Positions 1 through 10,870 of a DNA stretch of 64,000 nt are shown piece by piece (position 1 is the stretch's first letter; each line of letters begins with the position of its first letter). Where the stretch lies: assembly GCF_009914755.1 (NCBI RefSeq), contig NC_060936.1; one strand, 5' to 3'. The stretch is from the human T2T-CHM13v2.0 reference genome, Homo sapiens. A model generated the notes under the pieces. It ran no database searches, was not told the origin of the DNA, and saw only the letters and a list, made by a program, of their open reading frames with translations. A program made the position numbers and the translations under genes.

Positions 1-227
1 TGGCACATAGTTGGTGATTAATATATTATTTTGTTAATAATTAGATACATTATGATACCAGTCATAATTAAAAATGCAGAATACCAAAATTAAAAGAAGT
101 TTAATTCTGGGTTGTAGAGTTCTTGTTTCTGTCTTTATGCTTTTTTTAGTGCTTTCTCATTTTCTCTAATAATAAAATTAATACTGAAAACAGCCATATA
201 TTCATAGAGTGTGCCTATTTCCATTAA

Positions 228-528
228 TTTTTTTTTTTTTTTTTTCCGAGACTGAGTCTCACTCTGTTGTCCAGGCTGGAGTGCATGACGTGATCTTGGC
301 TCACTGGAAACTCCGCCTCCCAGGTTCAAGCAATTCTCCTGCCTCAGCCCCCTCAGTAGCTGGGATTACAGGTGTGTACCACCATGCCTGGCTAATTTTT
401 GTATTTTTAGTAGAGACAGGGTTTTGCCATGTTGGCCAGGCTGGTCTCGAATTCCTGACCTCAGGTGATCCACCCCCCTCGGCCTCCCAAAGTGCTGGGA
501 TTACAGGTGTAAGCCACTGCGTCCAGCC
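228..528 (-). mobile_element. Alu (AluS)
   Basis: Poly-T followed by a full reverse-complement Alu dimer. Confidence 0.95.
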
Positions 529-1851
529 TATTTCAGTTAAAATTTTAAAATTAGCTCGTCTAATCTATTGCTAAAGCTAAATTCAGTCTACCATTTGAAG
601 ATACCTAATTTCTTTATCATTAAAGAGCAAGGAAAGACATTTTTAAAGTTCATTCAGTATTTAATTCCTTAATATACCTTTCAAATATGTAGTCATATAT
701 TGAGCTGACCCCCTGCAAATTTAATCCAGGTCCTGAGAGTTTGACTTATTTATTTACATGTTACGTTGGCACCTTTTCAAAACTTGTGATAAATAAAAGT
801 GCTGCCCCTGAGTAATGTCAAGCCTCAGCATTCTGCACACTTTATTCTCCAGAATAAACAGCTGAAAGTTTGACTTCTTATTTACTCTCTGCTGGCTATA
901 CCGGTATATTTTGTGGAATAAGATTGGAAAAAGTTGGGGGAAAAGAGAGGATTGGAGAAAAAAGGAAAAGATAAGTCACTTTTGAATATGCCAGGTGATA
1001 ATAACTAATCTTTTCTTCCGTCTTTTGTTTCTCCTGTATGTCAAGTGGCTATTGAGTGTTCTGGTATTTTCCAAACAAATATAGAATGATTTCATTCAAG
1101 AAGCTGTTCTTTTTCTATCTGTGCTTCATGAGAAATGTAAACAGTGGGTACACATGATAATGTCAAAAAGTCTTATGAAATTCTTGTATAATACTTGTAT
1201 CTACATACAATCTTACAAATGGTATTTGAGTATACCTGGTGTTTTGTGTCTCAGAAATGTATTGCTCTAGCGACATTGCTGTATTTTTTATAGTGTTATT
1301 TAAATTGTTTTTTGATAATTTACTTGTGTTTATAAATGCCTAGTATATTTCTTACGTTTTTATGAGATAGAAAAAATGTGAACATATAAACTATTTGTTT
1401 TAAGCAAGCTTATATTTTTTCTGAAATCAATTTCAGTGTGTTCAAAAAAAGGCAAAAGTGAGAATTTTTCTTTTTTGACTTTCCTATAGTTAAAAGCAAT
1501 CTTTTAAATATACGAGTATGATATCTGTAATATTTGGTAGATGCCTAAAGATTGCAGTGCATATACATAAAGTATATGTTAATAACTTTGAACATGAGAA
1601 ATCTCTTCATTTTTGTCAAAAAATTAGTCATTTAAAAATTTTCATTGACTTTTTAATATATTCACTAACTTTTAAAGTGTCAGATAAGTCTGCATGATTT
1701 AAAATTTATAAAGAAGTCACATTATTTTTACATGTAGTTATAAACATAATGCAGAACAGTTTGTATTTTTTTGACTGGTAGGTGTTTTGTAAAATTTTAT
1801 AGATTATAAGTTTATATATAATAGTAATTCATTTATCATTGCTTCTTTAGA

Positions 1852-1869
1852 TTCCTTAACCTTAGGCAC
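1852..1869 (+). promoter_or_regulatory. U12-type branch point and AC 3' splice site
   Basis: Exact TTCCTTAAC at 1852-1860, about 10 nt before CAC|. Only the AC at 1868-1869 restores the frame with the expected phase-1 upstream exon. Confidence 0.9.
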
Positions 1870-1994
1870 ATCTCAGCTTTTTATTTATCCATCTTCCATT
1901 CCTTGCCAATAGTGTTGCACTTTTCTACAATTTTGGAAAATCTTGGAAATCAGATCCAGGGATTATTAAAGCAACAGAAGAGCAAAAGAAAAAG
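1870..1994 (+). CDS. ZDHHC17: ZDHHC17 (HIP14) coding exon, aa ~381-422 (likely exon 11), with a U12-type AC acceptor
   Basis: Translates (D)LSFLFIHLPFLANSVALFYNFGKSWKSDPGIIKATEEQKKK, including the DPG motif. Length 125 nt (2+41x3). Preceded by TTCCTTAAC...CAC and followed by the donor GTAGCA. Confidence 0.95.
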
Positions 1995-2806
1995 GTAGCA
2001 AAATACCAACTAAGTCACTTGTATTTAACTGCCAGATTATCAGTATTTACAGCAGACATTAGAGGACAGAGGAATTAACTATCGTTTAGAATGTAAAGAA
2101 GTTTTAAGCTAAATTGAGATTATGTATCTTTTATTTGGTGCTCATCCTTGGTGCTCTTGTGATGCCTGTCCATAACACTTCCATGACATTTTATAATTTC
2201 GTGTTTCTCTCCCTTACAAGACTGCTGTGATTGCTTTGAGGGGTGAATACGGTGTCTTAAACATCTCTGTAAATCTCCAGGAAATAATTTGCATTCAGTA
2301 GATGTTTGCTGAATGACTATGTAAACTAGAAGGTTAATAAATTGGTTGATAGTGCAGGTACACCATCCCAGTAGCTAAAATATTTGTATATACCATCCAG
2401 GGCATCCCTTTCTTATAATGCAGGTAATTAGGAAACCAATTTTATAATCTAACAATGTTGTGTATTTAGAGAACTGGACTAGAAGCATTTTAGATTATTT
2501 TAAGAGCTGTTTTATTTAGTCTCTAAAAACAAGACAAATTTTGATAAGTTATTCCAGTCCACAATTGACTAAGACAATGGCAGATTCTTATGGTCTAATC
2601 CCCTTTTTTCTGGGCAGCATAGAGATTGCTACCCTGTATTCTTCTTGCAATGAAATAGCAGTAAATAAAAGATTTTATTTCTCTTTTTGAACTCAAAACA
2701 TCAGTAAATTAAAGATGAAAATCATGTTTATTGATTCATAGTGGTGGCAAAAGAGTTGGTGAGCATTGTTCAGTTTTGAATTAAATATTATTTTTTTAAT
2801 TCACAG

Positions 2807-2869
2807 ACAATAGTTGAACTTGCAGAGACAGGAAGTCTGGACCTCAGTATATTCTGCAGTACCTGTTTG
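2807..2869 (+). CDS. ZDHHC17: ZDHHC17 coding exon, aa 423-443
   Basis: ttcacag|ACA...TTG|gtagta; 63 nt; TIVELAETGSLDLSIFCSTCL, the start of the cysteine-rich domain. Confidence 0.96.
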
Positions 2870-4312
2870 GTAGTATTTTCTTCTTTGTTCTTCCCTCCCT
2901 TCTCTTCCTCCTGACAGTGGCATAGCATAGCGGGTATGGGGTGTGGGGAAAAGGAATAATTATTTTCAATGAACACATTCCCTGCTTCTTGGTATAAGAG
3001 GAAAGATGGTTAAAGGATGTCTGCTTCCCAAGGCGCTTATTCCTCGATGGTAGGCCTTGACTGTACTTTTGATTCAGAGGTGCCGTTTATTTGTATTCAT
3101 TCTCTTTCTCTTTTCTCGCTTAAAATGTTAATAAATTAAAAACTAAGTAATAAAGTATTTCAGATCAAAGATTTATAATGATTCCCTAATAGATTGTTTT
3201 CTTTACTACATTTTAAGAAAATTTATACTTGTATTTAAAAGCCACATGGGAAAATCCATTAGATAACTGTTAAGACAACATGGCCTCTAAACAAGTTCAA
3301 TTTGAGTAGGTGTTTTTTTTTGTTTTGTTTTGTATCAGAATGTTTATGTAACTTTGAACACTGTTTTATCATAGATTTTTAAAGTGGTCATCCTCATCCA
3401 GGTCATAGGTAAAGATATATATGAAATTACTAGTATTTATTAATAGAGTCAGGTATAGCACTATTGAGATTGTTTATTATTATAGACATTAATTTTCTGT
3501 AGGATAATACTCTTATGTTTAAATTATTTTTCACTTAGTTTTTATAATTAGTATTTGTGAAAAATATATATACTGCCACAGTGCTTAAATTATGTTTTTC
3601 TACATGGAAATTGAAATATTCCAAAGTCATACATAAAACTAAATGCTCTTTTATACTTATACACTGCAAGTGAGCTCATGTCTTAGCATCTGATTAATAA
3701 TAAAGTCATTGACTTCATTTAGGATTAGGGAATGAAGTTTTGAAACAGTTCTAATTCTGAAAATTCTTTATTACACTTAATATTCTTTGACCAGTTATGA
3801 TTTTGAATATTCAAAATATATACAGCTTCATGTTTGGTAGCAACTTTAGGATACCGACCAGATTCTTTTATATATTCCGGCATTCTGAAAACAGTTTTTG
3901 TTTCTGTGCTTTACAATGGGTAATTTACAAAATTGATATTCTTTTTCTTAATATTTAGAATGTTTTAATACACTGCTGTTCTGTGGAAATATACTGTTCC
4001 ACAAAGTATGCAGTGCTGATGTACTTGCCATATGGCAAACAAATTATATAGTCATTCAATACAGATAGCAGTTTCATTGTCAAATACATATTTGATGGCA
4101 AGAATAAGACTAATTTTGTCATCATAGCATAAATGTTTTATTATATATTATTTATAAGCCACATACTTCTTGTTGTAAAGAAGATTTCCTATTATAAAAT
4201 CTTGCAGATCAGCAGAGGTAGTTGTCATTATATGGGTATGCTTCACTTTGGTAAGTAGACAAGTCCCTAAGGCTTGTAGATCAGAGCTTTCTTAAAAACG
4301 AATTACTTTGTT

Positions 4313-4379
4313 GATTGCACCCCTGCACTCCAGCCTGGGCCACAGAGTGAAACCCTGTCTCAAAAAAAGAAAAAAGAAA
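4313..4379 (+). mobile_element. 5'-truncated Alu (3' end only)
   Basis: TGCACTCCAGCCTGGG...GTCTC plus A tail, flanked by an ATTACTTTGT direct repeat. Confidence 0.85.
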
Positions 4380-5590
4380 GGATTACTTTGTAAGTGATCC
4401 AAGGAACCTTGAGACCAAGTCACACCTTAACCAGTTAGTCTGTTTTTCAGATTTTTGACAGTGTTGCAGCTGAGGGTTGGAAGTGGGGATAGAAGTTGTT
4501 TGAATATCCTGCTGCCTTCTCCTAAGTAGATTTAGTCTAACAACTGTGGTGAAGAATAACTTACCCTTTTCTTTATTCCACAGATAATTTTGGTAGATGT
4601 AAGAACTGTGTATTCACTGTGCCTTTTCCTTGGTACCTCAAAATAGTGTGTAACTTTATGCAAACTAATGTAGAAATGGCAGTGCTTTTGTTGAAACGCT
4701 GAAGTATATTTATAAATTTTTTTCTGGCAAGAGTTAATAACTGCAGCTCTTTTATCATATATCTAGCATTAGGACTGCCAGCCCTTTGAAGATCACCAAT
4801 GAGTTCTTGTATTCACTTGGCTGATTTAGAGTAATGTAGGTTTTAAAAACCATTTCAAAATGCTTGAAAAACAGACATCATAAGCATGGATTCTTTATTG
4901 CCTGTCAATAGCTGAATAATGAATTATATGGGGTTTTTTTTTGCAAGAAATAGTGACTTCTTAAGCATGTTCTGCATTCTTAAATATGGTCATTTCAGCA
5001 GGAGAAATGCTGTACCTTAATCTGAGATCTCAGAAGGCACTTTACTGAAGAGAAATAGATGTGTACATATGGGTTTTTGCTGGATTTGTTAATTTGGGGA
5101 AGACAAATATTTTATTGATGATTTTGAATTTTAAGAGCTTTTTAAATTCACTTTTAGCCTGACCTTCCTAGTAAGGAATAATTTTATTTTATTGAAAAAC
5201 ACCAATATCATGACCATTAATCATAATGGAACATCATTTAGAAGACTGGAGATTGATATGTTTTTATTACTCAGAAATTTGAGGGATGTGAATTAAACAT
5301 AGCATCATTCATCAAATCAAATTGGTAATTCTTAGCTTTTGTAAATTGATGGTTCAGTTCCATTCTTAAGAGCATATTTTCTAGAGTAGCCTCATTCTTT
5401 TATTCTTTGTTTTTGCAGTTGAAATTTTATTAAACAATAGTGACTTTTGGTTTCATTCATTTGGAAACCTTGATATAATCTTGTTTAAAAAATATAGTTT
5501 TATTTTTTTATAATTATATTTTGAGAAAATAGTCAGCTTTTCTCTCTTAGTATAATGCCTTTCATAATCCTTTAACATGCCTATTAACAG

Positions 5591-5684
5591 ATACGAAAAC
5601 CGGTGAGGTCCAAACATTGTGGTGTGTGCAACCGCTGTATAGCAAAATTTGATCATCATTGCCCATGGGTGGGTAACTGTGTAG
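5591..5684 (+). CDS. ZDHHC17: ZDHHC17 catalytic exon containing the DHHC motif
   Basis: aacag|ATA...GTAG|gtaagt; 94 nt; [31 protein letters not shown](G). GAT CAT CAT TGC (DHHC) is at 5651-5662. Confidence 0.98.
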
Positions 5685-6477
5685 GTAAGTTGTATTAGTA
5701 ATTTCTTCTGTATCATTCATTTAAGTTACTTTAGGTAATGAATAAAGTATAATATTAAAGTAGGCAATAGAAAGTTTATTACTCCACGCTTCATTTTCTC
5801 AGTTATCTTCTGGTTGACAACACAGCAACTCAGTTGAGAGAGGGAGGGAAAAAAATTACAAAATTAGTGGCTGATACCTTTTCTCTGTCAGTTCTATCTG
5901 GTGCCTACTCTTGATAAGGAGGCAAAATTTTTTTTTTCTAGTTAAACTAGAGAGATGAAGGCGGTAATATTTGAAATGATATTATGTGCAGAGGTAGAGA
6001 GGAATGACAGATAAGAACAGTACACACATTAGTGTTCAAGAATGGTATAGTCTAAGGAGAGAAACTACATGGTTTGAGACATGCCCCGGAGATTTTATGA
6101 GGTGACAGGAAACATTACAAAGATTGTTTACCTCTGTTGAAGAGAAACCTTTGGATTGTAAAGTTTATAAAAGTAAAGATAAAATAGGGCTATTTTAAAC
6201 CTCACAAAGAATAGGATTAGAGGTCAGAATTGTGATTTATTTAGTTCTTTGGGACTTGAACACCATTGTCATCATTATATCTTTGTGTGTAATTGCAAGC
6301 ATTCTTATTTAAGATTTTTATTAAAACATTTTTCCTGAAAACCACTTTATAAAATAATGAATGTATGTGTGATTATCATCAAAACTGTAGCACACCTTTC
6401 ATGGCATACCCCTCAAAGGTGCATTACCCGTTGTTTTTTTCTTAGCTGAAAAACCTTGCTTCTGTGTCGTTCTTCAG

Positions 6478-6561
6478 GTGCAGGCAACCATAGATATTTT
6501 ATGGGCTACCTATTCTTCTTGCTTTTTATGATCTGCTGGATGATTTATGGTTGTATATCTT
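6478..6561 (+). CDS. ZDHHC17: ZDHHC17 coding exon (transmembrane helix)
   Basis: ttcttcag|GT...TCTT|gtgagt; 84 nt; (G)AGNHRYFMGYLFFLLFMICWMIYGCIS(Y). Confidence 0.97.
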
Positions 6562-7452
6562 GTGAGTACAATTAGTTTTCGGTCTTTTTAAAACAAATTT
6601 CTGCATACTTAGATTATACTTACCACACTAACAAATTACTATAATGACAAAGGTCGTTTAACTAAAATTATGGTTTGGACACCTTATGAAGCACAAAAGG
6701 GAAAAAAGATACAGCTCTATCAATTATGTCCAATATACAGTGTAAGCAAACAGTTAGCAGTTAACCACCTTTTAATACTTGTGTCCTCTGAAAAACATAT
6801 TGGTTTAATAGGCTTTGAGAAGCTTCTGGGTGAAATACATCAACATTTTCCACATCATGTGCTTGCTTTACTATAGTAGCTTATAGATTAAGTGATTGTC
6901 TTAGTTCTGTTTCTTACCAAGCAGTTGGGAAAATATACTTAAAATTAAATTTGCAGAGAATTTGAAATATTTTGAAAAGTAAGGTATAATTATTGCCTAT
7001 TAGAGAATATTAGTAAATATCAGAAGTTACCTTTTTAAGAATAAGTTGTTATTCCATCATGTGGGTTTTATACCTTAAAGGAAATGATAGATTTTTGTTG
7101 CATTGAGAATGCAGTCTGGAAAGAGTTTAAGTGGATACGTCACTTACGATGCCTCAGGGCTTGGTGGTGCTTGGCATAAAGATGTATTAGATCCTCGTTT
7201 AAATACAAGTCTTGGAAGGATGATTTTCTAGTCTTCCTGCCCCACAGATAGTAAAAATAATCAGTGTTATTGCCCTAATGAACCAAAGGAGGTTACCACC
7301 TCAGTTAAAGATTAATAGGAAGATTTGGTCAAAGAACTTGACCTAATTTCTGGCCCAGCACACCTGAGGAGAATACTTTCTTGCCAACAACAGCAGTATT
7401 TTATAGCAACTCTCCTACAGCAGGAGATTTTGTATTAGGAAGGGCCTACCTT

Positions 7453-7763
<311 letters not shown>

Positions 7764-8114
7764 CTATTATGTTATATGCCCTCTTTCAAAAAAATCTCTT
7801 TCATATATCCTCTCATCTTTGTGTAAAGAAAATGTTTTTCTAAGTATTATGTGATGCAATACCAATCAAATAAAATTGTTAATTCTGAAGATACAGTGAT
7901 TTTTTTTTAAGATTGGCTGCTCCTTTTCCATTTCTGTGTTTTTTCACTGAGATATAATAGGGTTATTTAAGAGTATAAAGACATTTGCTATTGAATGTCA
8001 TCAGTTAAATCTAGACTGTTTGACTATGTTTTCTAAATGGTGCCAGCACAAATGCCTATATGAGGTGCTTGGATGATTATTGAGTAAATACGAGTACTTC
8101 TGTTCTGGCTTTAG

Positions 8115-8272
8115 ACTGGGGACTCCACTGTGAGACCACTTACACCAAGGATGGATTTTGGACATACATTACTCAGATTGCCACGTGTTCACCTTGGATG
8201 TTTTGGATGTTCCTGAACAGTGTTTTCCACTTCATGTGGGTGGCTGTATTACTCATGTGTCAGATGTACCAG
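8115..8272 (+). CDS. ZDHHC17: ZDHHC17 coding exon
   Basis: ctttag|AC...CAG|gtatgt; 158 nt; (Y)WGLHCETTYTKDGFWTYITQIATCSPWMFWMFLNSVFHFMWVAVLLMCQMYQ. Confidence 0.97.
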
Positions 8273-8885
8273 GTATGTGCAAAGGCATTCTTTTTAGTGC
8301 ACTAAGTGAAAACTCTTCCATCCTTGCATAAAAGATAATAATATATTCTCTTCCTAACCACTCCTGCTCTTCAAATATTCATTTTATTTTTCAATTTAGT
8401 TTTCCTTTCTACCTCACTCTTTTGCCCCTTCCTCTTCTCATATTGTGAACTTTTGAATTTTAGTACTTATCTCAACAGAAATTTTAATCTGTTATTCCTG
8501 ACTTAAATACATCCAGTTGAGTATGTGTGAGCTCAGATTGATGATGACATTAATTTTGTGTTTTTAATGGTATTTTTATTCACAAATACTAATATTTATT
8601 CAAAAGCCTTTTTTTAATTTTTAAAAGCTCATTCTCAGAGAGGCTGATAGGGAGGTTGTCTGTGCAGGAATAGCGCCTGTCCATGCACAGTGTCAAGTAA
8701 CCTGTCTTTAAATATTTTCCACATTTAACTGGCTACTTTTCACAGTCAAATGATACCACGTAAACTAGTTCTGATGATCTCCTGATGGAAAACCAAAAAC
8801 AGACTTCATTGTTTTTATCTTTATCCTAGTTTTCTTCAAATTAATTTTTTTACATTAAGTATTTAGAAAGAATAATGGTTTGTGC

Positions 8886-9226
8886 AGCCTGGCATGGTGG
8901 CTCACACCTGTAATCCCAGCACTTGGAAGCCGAGGTGGGCGGATCACTTGAGCCCAGGAGTTTGAGATCAGCCTGGGCAACATGGTTAAACCCTATCTCT
9001 ACAAAAAAAAAAAAAAAAAAAAACCCAACAAAAAAAAGAAAATTAGCCGGGCATGGTGCATGCGCCTGTAATCCCAGCTGCTGGTGGGGTGGGGGTTTTG
9101 GGGTGGGGGGAGGTGGCGGGGGTGGAATCACTTGAGCCCACCCAAGAGGGAGCTGAGAATTCGCCATTGCATTTTAGCCTGGGTGACAGGGCAAGGTCCT
9201 GTCTCAAAAAAAAAAAAAAAAAAAAA
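8886..9226 (+). mobile_element. Alu (AluJ-like) with G-rich insertion
   Basis: Dimer with A tail. TSD AAGAATAATGGTTTG at 8868-8882 and 9228-9242. Confidence 0.93.
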
Positions 9227-9260
9227 CAAGAATAATGGTTTGCTTTTTCTTTCCTCTTAG

Positions 9261-9355
9261 ATATCATGTTTAGGTATTACTACAAATGAAAGAATGAATG
9301 CCAGGAGATACAAGCACTTTAAAGTCACAACAACGTCTATTGAAAGCCCATTCAA
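9261..9355 (+). CDS. ZDHHC17: ZDHHC17 penultimate exon (TTxE motif)
   Basis: ttcctcttag|ATA...TTCAA|gtatgt; 95 nt; ISCLGITTNERMNARRYKHFKVTTTSIESPF(N). Confidence 0.97.
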
Positions 9356-9806
9356 GTATGTACATATTTATAAATTTAATATTTTACCTGGTCATAAAAA
9401 TTTTCTTACTAACCAGACTCTTTTACTTAGTGATATGTAAAATAGCTTTTAAACCTTTTTAAGATTTCTGTAGAAATAGCATCAGTTCACCATAATAACA
9501 ACAAAACAGAATTCATCACATTAACTGTATATAATAAAGTTGTGATATCTCCTTATATTTTTTTCTTTTTAATTTTAAATTTGTATTCAGTCTGGTGCTT
9601 AGAAATAGTAGGGTCCTAAGTATATGAAATATTTAAAACTTTGAGTTTTACTGAAGTTATTACCAACTCTTCAGCTTTTGTGGTGCTGTCAATTATGGCA
9701 TACTTCTGGAAAGCAAGCAGACCTTTAAATAAAAACAGAGTTAGTTGGGTAGTTTTGAGAATTCTCCCATAGGTACAAAAATTATATAAGGCACAAAACT
9801 GACTGC

Positions 9807-10108
9807 TTTTCTTTTCTTTTTTTTAGACAGAGTCTTGCTCTGTCACCCAGGCTGGAGTGCAGTGGCATGATCTCGGCTCACTGCTACCTCCACCTCCTGG
9901 GTTTAAGCACTTCTCTGCCTCAGCCTCCTGAGTAGCTGGGATTACAGGCATGCACCACGCCCAGCTAGTTTTTGTATTTTTAGTAGAGATGGGGTTTCAC
10001 CATCTTGGCCAGGCTGGTCCTGAACTCCTGACCTCATGATCCACCCGCCTCGGCCTCCCAAAGTGCTAGGATTACTTACCGACGTGAACCACTGGTGCGC
10101 ACCTGGCC
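9807..10108 (-). mobile_element. Alu (AluS)
   Basis: Reverse dimer with TSD AAAACTGACTGCTTTTCT. Confidence 0.95.
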
Positions 10109-10321
10109 AAAACTGACTGCTTTTCTAAAGGTGTTACTGGAGTACTAAAATTTCATGAACTTATCCTTGACATTTCTTTTTTAAGTTGTTATCCTTAGGT
10201 TCACTGCCAGATTCATGCTATTTATAATTATTTTGTCTTTTACTTTTTTTCTGTTTTAGAGATAGTTTGTCTCCTGCCAAAGAGCCACTAATTAAAGGTT
10301 TTTATCAAAAATTACATATGG

Positions 10322-10456
10322 AGCCAGGCATGTTGGTGCATGTCTGTAGTCCTAGCTACTTGGGAGGCTGAGGTGAGAGGATTGCTTGAGCCCAGAGTTC
10401 GAGGCCAGGCCGGGCAACATAGTTAAGACCTCATCTCTAAAAATAAAAATAAAAAT
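10322..10456 (+). mobile_element. Alu monomer (FLAM-like)
   Basis: Single ~130-bp monomer with an A-rich tail. Confidence 0.85.
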
Positions 10457-10731
10457 GCATATAACACAGAAAGTATATGCACATTTGAATAAATTTAAAA
10501 TATAATTGTGTAAGTCTTTAAATTGGCAAAAGAAAAAATCATTGTTGGCAGAGCAGTGGAGAAACATGAAGGCATATATATTTTATAGAGTTATGAATTG
10601 GTTCCTTCTTGCAAGTAACCTGAGTTTTTAAGTTTAGAAAAAAATATATTTAACACGAAAATTATATTGAATTCATGTATTAAATCATTTGTACTGACTG
10701 ACGTGTTTTCTTTTTGGGGTGCTGTTTTTAG

Positions 10732-10870
10732 CCATGGATGTGTAAGAAATATTATAGACTTCTTTGAATTTCGATGCTGTGGCCTCTTTCGTCCTGTTAT
10801 CGTGGACTGGACCAGGCAGTATACAATAGAATATGACCAAATATCAGGATCTGGGTACCAGCTGGTGTAG
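10732..10870 (+). CDS. ZDHHC17: ZDHHC17 last coding exon (PaCCT motif and stop codon)
   Basis: tttttag|C CAT GGA...GTG TAG; (N)HGCVRNIIDFFEFRCCGLFRPVIVDWTRQYTIEYDQISGSGYQLV*. Counting from catalytic Cys467 ends at residue 632, the recalled protein length. Confidence 0.98.

Noticed and set aside
209-574. 121-aa ORF and many similar ORFs (e.g. 26855-27334, 53298-53591, 62215-62529)
   Set aside because: Translations of Alu sequence.
2870-5590. Calling this a second functional U12 intron
   Set aside because: A branch-like TCCTTTAAC exists, but the donor GTAGTA/GTATTT lacks the required RTATCCT. Kept only as a possible relic.
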